Shown piece by piece: positions 52,866-60,634 of a stretch of DNA of 64,000 bases (positions within the stretch are counted from its first letter, which is position 1; each line of letters begins with the position of its first letter). The translations under genes were made by a program, and so were the position numbers. This DNA comes from Pseudomonadota bacterium (GTDB lineage Bacteria; Pseudomonadota; Gammaproteobacteria; Xanthomonadales; Xanthomonadaceae), in the NCBI GenBank assembly GCA_023395465.1, contig JAEWZE010000048.1, positions 12,744 through 76,743 of the forward strand, given 5' to 3'. The notes below the pieces were generated by a model. The model had not been told where the DNA came from. It saw nothing but the letters and a program-made list of their open reading frames with translations, and did no database searches.

Positions 52866-53975
52866 ATGAGCAACGCCCTCTCCATCCACCTCGACTGCAC
52901 CATCAACGGCTCCTTCAAGACCTACCGCGCACAGCTCGAGCAGCGGGACGGCGGCTGGGTCGTCAACGCCCAGTACGGCGCGATCGGCAAGGCGCTCACG
53001 TCCACCACCAAGACTCCCTCGCCGGTGCCCTACTCGAAGGCGCTCGCTGCCTACAACAAGGTGGTCAAGGAAAAGCTGGCCAAGGGATACGTCGAAGTCG
53101 CCAGCTCAGGCGATCAGGGCAGCGCTGCAAACGTCGCACCCGCCGTCGTCGCCAAGGAGCGCGTGGACCTGCCGATCATGCTGCTCAACCCCATCACCGA
53201 CAGCGAAGCGCACGCGCTCGCCCACGACCCGGCCTGGTGCGCGGAGATCAAGCACGACGGCGAGCGCCGCTTGATCGTGATCGACAATGGGGATGCCTAC
53301 GGCGTGAACCGCACCGGCTTCAAGGTCGCGCTTTCGCCCGCCGTGCGCGCCGCCGCGCCGGCTGGCGACTTCCGGGGTCGCACGGTCCTCGACGGCGAGG
53401 ACATGGGCGATGACGGCGTAATCGTGTTCGACGTGCTGGCTTTCGACGGCCAGGACACTACGAGCCTGCCCCTATCCGCCCGCCTCGGCTACCGCGCCTG
53501 CGCCCGTGCGCGCCTGCCGGGTTTGGCCTACGCCACGACCGCCACCAGCGCCGCCGACAAGCTGGCCCTGCTTGACCAGGCCCGCATCACCACGCAGGAG
53601 GGCGTCGTCTGGAAGCGCCTCGATGCGCCCTACAGCGCGGGCCGACCGAACAGCGGCGGGAATGCCCTCAAGCAGAAGTTTTGGGAGGACGCGACGTTCC
53701 GCGTCGCCAGCCAAAACCCGACCAAGCGCAGCGTAGGTCTGGAAGTGCAGGACGGCCCCGGCCAGTGGCGCAACGTGGGCAACGTCACGATCCCGCCGAA
53801 CAAGTCGGTGCCCGGCGTCGGCGCGTTCGTGGACTGCTCCTACCTCTACGCCAACCTCCGCACCGGCTCCATCTACCAGCCGACGTATCTGCGAGAGCGC
53901 AACGACCTGACCGATGCGGACTGCCAGTTTGATCGGCTCAAGTTCGTGCAGGAACGCGAATCGCTCGCCGCGTAA
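52866..53975 (+). CDS. WGR-domain / ATP-dependent DNA ligase fusion
   Basis: The N-terminal WGR-like region is KTYRAQLEQRDGGWVVNAQYGAIG...KVVKEKLAKGYVEV. Ligase motifs seen: I EIKHDGER (Lys codon 53250-53252), III VLDGE, IV EGVVWK, V LKQKF. Confidence 0.75.
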   Translation: MSNALSIHLDCTINGSFKTYRAQLEQRDGGWVVNAQYGAIGKALTSTTKTPSPVPYSKALAAYNKVVKEKLAKGYVEVASSGDQGSAANVAPAVVAKERVDLPIMLLNPITDSEAHALAHDPAWCAEIKHDGERRLIVIDNGDAYGVNRTGFKVALSPAVRAAAPAGDFRGRTVLDGEDMGDDGVIVFDVLAFDGQDTTSLPLSARLGYRACARARLPGLAYATTATSAADKLALLDQARITTQEGVVWKRLDAPYSAGRPNSGGNALKQKFWEDATFRVASQNPTKRSVGLEVQDGPGQWRNVGNVTIPPNKSVPGVGAFVDCSYLYANLRTGSIYQPTYLRERNDLTDADCQFDRLKFVQERESLAA

Positions 53976-53988
53976 TTGACGCGAGGCC

Positions 53989-54021
53989 GCAATTTTCCAG
54001 GCCGCCCCGCCCTAGTTGAAT
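53989..54021 (+). promoter_or_regulatory. Recurrent promoter-like element
   Basis: Box GCAATTTTC at 53989-53997 and hexamer TTGAAT at 54016-54021. The hexamer contains the track TTG 54016, which favours ATG 54052 as the start. Confidence 0.4.
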
Positions 54022-54051
54022 AGCAACGGATCACAACCGGGAAGCAATGCC

Positions 54052-56040
54052 ATGATCGACTCCGCCGCCACCATCGCCCTCATCGACGCGCCGCCCGCCG
54101 ACGCGCACGCCGCAGCCGCCAACGCAGCCGCGATCACCGCCGAGCAGGCGACCAATGCAGACACGCAGGAGATCGAAGTCGCTTCGATCAGGGTCGATCC
54201 GGCGTTCAACCCGCGCAAGCGCTTCGATGACGCGGACATTGCGGAGTTCGCAGAGCGCATCCACACCAGCGGGTGGCTGTCGCCCCCGCTCGTGCGCCCT
54301 GACCCCTACGGCGAAGGCTTCCTGCTAGTCGCCGGTGAGCGCCGCCTGCGCGCGATCAAGCACCTGGGCTGGACGACCGTGCAGGTCACGGTGAAGTCGA
54401 TGAACGACACCGAGCATCGCAAGCTGGCTCTGGTGGAAAACCTCGACCGGCGCGAATTGAACGTCGCTGAAGAAGCGCTCGCCGCGCGGGATCATCTGGC
54501 TGCCTACGAGGGTGACCACGACGCAGCCGCCAGGGCGCTGGGGTGGCCGGTTGCCCGCCTGCGCCACCGGCTCAAGCTGCTGCACGCCTCGCCTGCTGTC
54601 ATCGACGCGCTGCTCAATGGGCGCATCCAGCTGGGCCACGCCGAGTTGCTGGCGACCCTGCCTGAGTCCAACCAGGACAAGGCGCTGCCGCGCGTCATCA
54701 GCGACGGCCTGACCGTGGCTGCGCTTCGCGAACAGATCAATGGCTTCGCCACCCCGCTGTCGAGCGCCATCTTCGACACCTCGGCCTGCGCCAACTGCCT
54801 GTTCAATACCTCCTGCCAGGGCACGCTGTTCGAGGCGCGCGTAGCCGAGGGCAACTGCACGAACAAGCCGTGCTTCACCCAAAAGACCGAGGAAGCGTTG
54901 GAGGCCAAGCGCGAGTCCATGAAGGCCGACTTCGGCGTGGTGGTGCTGGTGTCCGAGCGTGCGCCCGAGCAGTCGGTGCCGCTGGTGAAGTCCGGTCCTC
55001 GCGGCGTCGGCGCGGCGCAGTTCGATGCCTGCCGCACCTGCGAGTTCCGTGGTGCGGCGATCCACGACGCTCCCGGCCCGCGCTTGGGCACAGTCGAATC
55101 TCCGCTGTGCTTCAACACGTCCTGCCACGGCAACATGGTCAAGGCGTACCAGCAGCAGTTGGCAGAGGCCGAAGAATCCCAGGCGGCAGCTGATGCGCCC
55201 GAAGGCGCAGCCGCCCCCACGTCCACCACCAAGCCCGCCGCGTCGCAGGCTGCCGCCAAGGGGAAGGTCAAGACGGCCAAGGCGACGAAGGCCACTCCCA
55301 AGGCGCAGTCGGTCCTGCGTTCGGTGGCCGAGCAGTACGGGGCCATCGTGGCTCGCGCCGGTACTGAGGCCATCGGTCGCTCGCCGGTTCCGGCGCTCGC
55401 GCTTGCGGTGTACGCACTGTCCAAGCTGGGCGGGGTGGAGGCCAAGATCAGCGCTGGCGATTTGCGCGAGGGACTCGGCCTGCCCGACACGGTGGGCAAC
55501 TTCACCAACGCCACCGTCACCCTGGCCGCACTCGCGGCATGCGACGAGGCCGCGCTGAACAAGGCGATCCAGGGGATCAGTGCGCGCCTGCTGACGCACG
55601 AAGTCAACGACCGCCCCTTTGGTGGTCAGCTACAGCGTCGGGCGCTCCTGCCGAACCTGATCGCAGCCACGGGCGTCAACGTCGCTGACCATGTGGTCGT
55701 GGATACCGGGTTCCTCAACGCGCACACCAAGCCCGCCATCGAAGCGGTCCTGGAGGAATCCGGCTTCGCTGCGTGGATGGCTTCGCGCGAGGACGGCCCG
55801 AAGCAGTACCGCGCGATGCTGGCGGGGAAAAAGGAGGACTTGATCGCCGCCGTGCTGTCGAGCGGGTTCTCCTTCGCGGGATACGTCCCCAGCGGCCTTG
55901 ATTCCCAGGTCGCAGCGTGGCGGAAGGCCGAAGGCATGCCGCATGTGCCGCTGGCAACGCCCACCACGGACGAAGCCGCGCAGGGTGAGGCGCAGACCGA
56001 CGACTCGCAGGCCGGGCAGGAGCAAGCAGAAGCCGCCTGA
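54052..56040 (+). CDS. PRTRC-system ParB-family protein
   Basis: The ParB N-terminal domain is IEVASIRVDPAFNPRKRF...LLVAGERRLRAIKHLGW. It is the first gene of the cassette. An alternative TTG start is at 54016. Confidence 0.8.
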   Translation: MIDSAATIALIDAPPADAHAAAANAAAITAEQATNADTQEIEVASIRVDPAFNPRKRFDDADIAEFAERIHTSGWLSPPLVRPDPYGEGFLLVAGERRLRAIKHLGWTTVQVTVKSMNDTEHRKLALVENLDRRELNVAEEALAARDHLAAYEGDHDAAARALGWPVARLRHRLKLLHASPAVIDALLNGRIQLGHAELLATLPESNQDKALPRVISDGLTVAALREQINGFATPLSSAIFDTSACANCLFNTSCQGTLFEARVAEGNCTNKPCFTQKTEEALEAKRESMKADFGVVVLVSERAPEQSVPLVKSGPRGVGAAQFDACRTCEFRGAAIHDAPGPRLGTVESPLCFNTSCHGNMVKAYQQQLAEAEESQAAADAPEGAAAPTSTTKPAASQAAAKGKVKTAKATKATPKAQSVLRSVAEQYGAIVARAGTEAIGRSPVPALALAVYALSKLGGVEAKISAGDLREGLGLPDTVGNFTNATVTLAALAACDEAALNKAIQGISARLLTHEVNDRPFGGQLQRRALLPNLIAATGVNVADHVVVDTGFLNAHTKPAIEAVLEESGFAAWMASREDGPKQYRAMLAGKKEDLIAAVLSSGFSFAGYVPSGLDSQVAAWRKAEGMPHVPLATPTTDEAAQGEAQTDDSQAGQEQAEAA

Positions 56041-56055
56041 TCGACCGGGCGGCGT

Positions 56056-56088
56056 GCAAGTTTGAGGCGCGCCCCTGCCCCGCATCAT
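56056..56088 (+). promoter_or_regulatory. Recurrent promoter-like element
   Basis: Box GCAAGTTTG at 56056-56064 and hexamer CATCAT at 56083-56088, 36 nt before ATG 56124. Confidence 0.4.
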
Positions 56089-56123
56089 CGAATCGTAGTC
56101 AACACACACACCGGGAGATTCAA

Positions 56124-56669
56124 ATGGCTTTTCTCAACTCGGCCCGCAGGCTGGTCAACGAGAGCGATTCGCTCGTCGTGCGCCTGAGCGGCGACAAGGA
56201 TGGCGCGATCAAGGTGCTGATCGAGCCGCAGGTCAAGCTGCCGCAGCCGGAAACCGACGACGCGGAGTTGGCGGCGCTCCAGGCCGCGCTGGCAATGCCG
56301 CTGGTGATCCGATTCACCCCCGACACGGCCGATCTGGACGCGGCGCTGGGCGATGCTCTGCGCGGAATGGCGCAGGCCCGCGTCGCCACGGTCGGCGCGC
56401 TCGCTTCCTACGAGGAAGCGCAGGCCGAGGCACGCAACCAGGCGCAGATCGCTGCTCAGGCGAAGGCGAAGAAGCCCGCCACCAAGGCCAGCGCACCGGC
56501 GACCGCCGCCAAGGCCACCAGCGCGCCCACCACGGCCAGCGCAGCCCCGCTGCCCGCCGCTGCCGCACCGGCTGCCGACGCCGAGCCACGGGCTGCCAGC
56601 GAGGCCACCGCGCCTGCCACCGTGCAGGACAGCAGCGCCGCCGTTGACCAGCCCTCCATCTTCGACTGA
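56124..56669 (+). CDS. PRTRC-system protein E (assignment by position and size)
   Basis: 181 aa with a small N-terminal domain followed by an Ala/Pro/Lys-rich tail. It holds the second position in the cassette, as I recall for PRTRC. Confidence 0.5.
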   Translation: MAFLNSARRLVNESDSLVVRLSGDKDGAIKVLIEPQVKLPQPETDDAELAALQAALAMPLVIRFTPDTADLDAALGDALRGMAQARVATVGALASYEEAQAEARNQAQIAAQAKAKKPATKASAPATAAKATSAPTTASAAPLPAAAAPAADAEPRAASEATAPATVQDSSAAVDQPSIFD

Positions 56670-56679
56670 GGACCGGACC

Positions 56680-57078
56680 ATGACCGTCGAAATCCAGACA
56701 TTGACCCGCGTGTTCCGCTTCGGCGCGACCGAACTGGCGGACACCGACCCGACCGCTTTGCCGCAGGAAGTCCTGCGAGCCTATACCGGCGCCTACCCGT
56801 TCCTGGCGACCGCCACGGTGGGCGAGCCGGAAGTGGTGGGCGACCGCATGGTCTATCCGATCATCAAGCGCGAGGTCCAGACCAAGGGGGCGGCGCTGCG
56901 CCGCCTGACAAAGGCGCAGACCAGCCTGCTCGACCGCATCAGCGAAATCGCCAAGGCCGAGGCCACGACCGCCCCGGACAACGTGTCGCGCTGGTCGCCG
57001 CTGGCACAGGTGACGCGCGCGATTCTCAAGCGTCCGCCGACGCCGGTGGCAGACGCCATGATGGTGCCGATGCTGTGA
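56680..57078 (+). CDS. PRTRC-system protein C (candidate beta-grasp / ubiquitin-like)
   Basis: GAGGA precedes ATG 56680. The N-terminal 70 aa end ...IIKREVQTKG and are followed by a 62-aa extension. Confidence 0.55.
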   Translation: MTVEIQTLTRVFRFGATELADTDPTALPQEVLRAYTGAYPFLATATVGEPEVVGDRMVYPIIKREVQTKGAALRRLTKAQTSLLDRISEIAKAEATTAPDNVSRWSPLAQVTRAILKRPPTPVADAMMVPML

Positions 57079-58334
57079 CGTTCCTGCGCCTGCCCCGCAT
57101 CGCCGCCGCCAACGCCCAGGCCACGCAGAGCGCCGTGGCCGCTGGACTCAACGGCGTCACGCCTGAGATTCGCCAGCACGCGCTGCGCAAGGTGCGCGCC
57201 GCGATCCGCAACGGCCGGGTGCGCCCGGCCAAGGTCGAGCGGGCCTTGGAGCGTGGGGATGCGGGGCTGGCATCGCTGTTTCCGGTCGGGCAGATGCCCT
57301 CGACCCCGGCGATCCCGGCGTCCGCCCTGTCCACTGTGGGTGGCAGCGAGCGCGTGGCCAAGGCGCTGGATGATTGCAGCTGGGTGATCGAGCTGGCGAT
57401 GCGGCGCGGAGTGGACACCAGCGAGCTGGCCGAAGCCTTGTCCGGCGGCACGCTCCCCACCAACGCTGCGCACCTGCTGGTGGCGACCTGGAACCGCCTG
57501 CTCGACAGCTACCGCCCCGACTGGCTGCCTGCCGAGGTCACGGGCGACCGAGCCAAGCTGATGGCGCTGCCTGAGCCGCTGCGCCGCGAACACGCCGACC
57601 CAAGGGCGCTGTTCACCATCGAGCCGACCTCCCTCTGCCGCATGTTCGTCACCAGCGACACGCCCGAGTTCAACCTGGTGCTGCACGCCCTGCGCAAACT
57701 GGAAGAAGCCACCCACTACCCGCTCGCCGCTTTCGACCCTGACCGGGGCCGTGAGTGCTACATGGAATACTCAATGGGCGGCAGCATGCTTGACGACCTG
57801 GCGCAGATCGCGATCTGGCCCGATGGCGCGGACGAGCCGACCTTCGACACCGAAGCGGTGGCGAACCTCCTTGACGAGTTCGGGCACGAGCCTGAGTCGG
57901 CCGAGTATTTCATCGAAGCGGCGACGCACGAGCTTGTACGCGAGCGCAAGCTCAAGGCAGCGCCGAAGGTGGACCGTGACCCGGAGTTGCGCCACGCCTT
58001 GAAGGCGTCCCAGTCAAGCAACGCCAAGCTGGCACGCATCATCCTTGCGCTCGCACGCAGGATCAAAGCGCTGCCCGCGCCACCCAACGCATTCCAGCAC
58101 GACTTCTGCGGCTTCGGACTTCCCGTGCATCTGCTCTCGACATGGGACTGTGATTCCTTCCAGGATGAGCTGTCGAACGCAATCGACACCGAGTGCGGCG
58201 ACGAGGCACCCTCGATCACGTTCATGGCGGCCACGCAGTCGTTGTCCAAGATCGACGCGGCGCTGCGACGCCTGATCCCTGAAATGCTGGTGAGCGACTA
58301 CGTGTATGGCTTGATGCTGGCCGACCACGAATAA
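57075..58334 (+). CDS. PRTRC-system protein F (assignment by position and size)
   Basis: GTG overlaps the upstream stop (GTGA). The protein is 419 aa. Confidence 0.5.
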   Translation: MTFLRLPRIAAANAQATQSAVAAGLNGVTPEIRQHALRKVRAAIRNGRVRPAKVERALERGDAGLASLFPVGQMPSTPAIPASALSTVGGSERVAKALDDCSWVIELAMRRGVDTSELAEALSGGTLPTNAAHLLVATWNRLLDSYRPDWLPAEVTGDRAKLMALPEPLRREHADPRALFTIEPTSLCRMFVTSDTPEFNLVLHALRKLEEATHYPLAAFDPDRGRECYMEYSMGGSMLDDLAQIAIWPDGADEPTFDTEAVANLLDEFGHEPESAEYFIEAATHELVRERKLKAAPKVDRDPELRHALKASQSSNAKLARIILALARRIKALPAPPNAFQHDFCGFGLPVHLLSTWDCDSFQDELSNAIDTECGDEAPSITFMAATQSLSKIDAALRRLIPEMLVSDYVYGLMLADHE

Positions 58335-58363
58335 GTTTCCAGCGCTTGCGCGCTTGCTGAGAT
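58331..58363 (+). promoter_or_regulatory. Recurrent promoter-like element (internal to the PRTRC cassette)
   Basis: Box ATAAGTTTC at 58331-58339 and hexamer TGAGAT at 58358-58363, 31 nt before ATG 58394. Confidence 0.4.
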
Positions 58364-58393
58364 GGTCCTGTCGAAACACGCCGGGACCACGCA

Positions 58394-59176
58394 ATGCCTT
58401 CTCCGCTCCTCGTCGCCGCCACGCTCCGTGACACCACGCTCGCGCAGCTCCCCACGCCCTCGATGGCGCTGCTGTTCCACACCTCGGGCCAAGAGCTGGC
58501 CCTCGTCACCGCGCATGAAGTCATCCACGACGCGCACGGCTCGGCCCATATCGGCCCTGGCCGCGTGGCGCTGCCTTCGGACGAGCGCCGCGTCGCTGAC
58601 ATTCTGGCCAGCCGCAGCCGTCGCACGCGCATCGACCTGATGCCCGAGAACCTGCTGCATGCCGAGGCCGACGCGCTCGCGTGGTGGCTGCCGCCGACCC
58701 GCCGCGAAATGCTGGTCAAGGACCGCGAAGGCGTCGCCCACGCGCTCGATGTGGTGTGGCCGTCGCTGGTGGCGCTGGTGGTGCGCCGCAAGCTCTACCT
58801 GGTCGCGGTGGATGGCGATGCACGTCCGTCAGCCGATGCGGCCCTGTTCCATGCGCCCTGCGGGAACGTGTACGAGGACGGCTCGGTCTGCACGGGTTCG
58901 GCCGCACTGCCCCACGGCCAGGCCATCGCGGACCTGCCGGGATGGGAAGCCATCATCACGCACACGTACTGGACGCACGACAACACCCCGAAGGTGCTTC
59001 CGCCACCCAAGGCGCGCAAAGGCAAGCGTCCGCCGACCGACAACTACAGGGCGGCTGCCTTCTGGCTCGCTCGCGCGGGCAATGGCAAGCCCGTCACCAA
59101 ATCCGACATGGCGCCGCTGGGCATGACGCTCACCGCATGGATCGAGTCGATCATCGACGGCGAGGTTTCCCGCTGA
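58394..59176 (+). CDS. PRTRC-system protein B (E2/UBC-like by motif)
   Basis: LFHAPCGNVYEDGSVCTG resembles the E2 active-site region HPN-x-x-x-G-x-[IV]-C. The candidate catalytic Cys166 codon is 58889-58891. Confidence 0.6.
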   Translation: MPSPLLVAATLRDTTLAQLPTPSMALLFHTSGQELALVTAHEVIHDAHGSAHIGPGRVALPSDERRVADILASRSRRTRIDLMPENLLHAEADALAWWLPPTRREMLVKDREGVAHALDVVWPSLVALVVRRKLYLVAVDGDARPSADAALFHAPCGNVYEDGSVCTGSAALPHGQAIADLPGWEAIITHTYWTHDNTPKVLPPPKARKGKRPPTDNYRAAAFWLARAGNGKPVTKSDMAPLGMTLTAWIESIIDGEVSR

Positions 59177-59796
59177 TGGCCGCGCACCCGCTCGACGCCG
59201 CATTGGCCCACGCCGCGCCCCTGCGGGCCTCCCTCCACGGTGGCAATGCGCCCATCGGGGTCGGCAGCAAGGACTTCGTTGCGGCGGCCGACGGCCTCTA
59301 CGTCCGCACCGCTTCCCCGGCGCTCTCTGCCGCCGCGCTCGTCGCCCCCGCCGTGGACGCGCCCCTGCCCTACGCTCCGCTCCAGGCGAGCGTCGTCCCG
59401 GCCAACGGCCCGGTCCCATTGGCCCTGCTGCACACCTTCGCCGCGTGGGCGTCCGCCGATGCCGACCGCGAGATAGCCGCCGTCATCGAAATCTGTGGGG
59501 ACGGCTACCAGCTTCGCCGCATCGACACCGAGGACCGCAGCGCGGGCCATGTCACCTACGACGACCGGCTGGTGGACGACGACCGGCTCGTGGTGGACTT
59601 GCACTCACATGGGCGTCTGGACGCCTACTTCTCGGCGACCGATGACGCCAGCGACCGCAGCCGCCGTGGCCCGTACATCGCCTTCGTGTTCGGCCAGTGC
59701 CACGCACAGCCGCTGCAATGCTGCCGCCTCGTCGTTTCCCCGTTCCTGATCCCGCTCGACCTGAGCGACCTGGTTGCCCAAGGAGTTTTCGCATGA
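59176..59796 (+). CDS. PRTRC-system protein A (JAB/MPN metallopeptidase)
   Basis: The JAMM motif HSHGRLDAYFSATD (H-x-H-x7-S-x2-D) is encoded at 59602-59643, with an upstream Glu in EIAAVIE. The ATG overlaps the upstream TGA. Confidence 0.75.
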   Translation: MAAHPLDAALAHAAPLRASLHGGNAPIGVGSKDFVAAADGLYVRTASPALSAAALVAPAVDAPLPYAPLQASVVPANGPVPLALLHTFAAWASADADREIAAVIEICGDGYQLRRIDTEDRSAGHVTYDDRLVDDDRLVVDLHSHGRLDAYFSATDDASDRSRRGPYIAFVFGQCHAQPLQCCRLVVSPFLIPLDLSDLVAQGVFA

Positions 59797-60581
59797 GCCT
59801 TCGTTTCGACCTTCCGCAGTCCTGGCTCAATGGCAGGGTCAAGATCGCCGTCATCGGCGCGGGCGGCACCGGCTCGGACATGCTCGTGCGCCTTGCCAAG
59901 CTGCACATGCAGCTGGTGGCGCTCGGCGGAGCGGGCTTCGATGTCACTGTGTACGACGGCGACACCGTGAGCGCGAGCAACATCGGTCGCCAGCACTTCC
60001 CCCCGTGCGCGCTGGGCCTCAACAAGAGCCTGACGCTCGTGAACTCGGTCAATCTCGCCTATCAGCTCGACTGGACAGGTGTCCCGTCCAACTTCGACCT
60101 GGGTCATGACCTGCGCGATCTGCGCTACGGAACGGACCTGGTGATCTGCTGCGTGGACAAGGCCGCGTTCCGCGTGTCGCTGTGCAAGGCCATGCGCGGC
60201 CAGAACTCCGAAGTGCTGCTGCTCGACTGCGGAAACGGGCGTGACCTCGGCCAGATGGTGCTGGGCCACCTGGGCGTGCCGCGCGGGATGCGCCTGCCAA
60301 ACGTCTACGACCTGTGGCCGGAGATCGAGCGCGTGGACGACAGCGAAGCGCCGTCCTGCTCGGCACACGAATCCATGCTCAAGCAGGCGTGGCCGGTGAA
60401 TCAGGCTGTCGCCCTGCTCGCCGTCGAGCTGCTGTGGACGCTGATGCGGCAGGGCTGGACCGACTACCACGGCGCGACGTTCCAGCTCGCGCCGATGCGG
60501 ACCTCCCCGCTGATGGTGGACCCGGCCACCTGGTCCTTCATGGGCTACGAGTGCGAGTCCACGCTGGCGAAGGCCGCCTGA
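59793..60581 (+). CDS. PRTRC-system ThiF-family (E1-like) protein
   Basis: AAGGAG lies 7 nt upstream. The Rossmann motif is VIGAGGTGS, followed by DLVICCVDKAAFR. ATGA overlaps the protein A stop. Confidence 0.8.
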   Translation: MSLRFDLPQSWLNGRVKIAVIGAGGTGSDMLVRLAKLHMQLVALGGAGFDVTVYDGDTVSASNIGRQHFPPCALGLNKSLTLVNSVNLAYQLDWTGVPSNFDLGHDLRDLRYGTDLVICCVDKAAFRVSLCKAMRGQNSEVLLLDCGNGRDLGQMVLGHLGVPRGMRLPNVYDLWPEIERVDDSEAPSCSAHESMLKQAWPVNQAVALLAVELLWTLMRQGWTDYHGATFQLAPMRTSPLMVDPATWSFMGYECESTLAKAA

Positions 60582-60596
60582 CCGGACCGGGGTTGC

Positions 60597-60619
60597 GACG
60601 CCGGTTGCGCTCCGGCGTC
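60597..60619 (+). terminator. Hairpin after the PRTRC operon (no T-tract)
   Basis: An 8-bp stem GACGCCGG/CCGGCGTC with loop TTGCGCT. Confidence 0.3.
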
Positions 60620-60634
60620 ACGTACCCTGTTGCC

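Noticed and set aside
54016-54051. TTG 54016 as the ParB start, and likewise ATG 18064 as the start of the 18091 gene.
   Set aside because: Both candidate starts fall inside the predicted -10 hexamer of the recurrent promoter element, so they would lie upstream of the transcript. The downstream ATGs have purine-rich RBS-like sequences. This depends on the promoter hypothesis being right.
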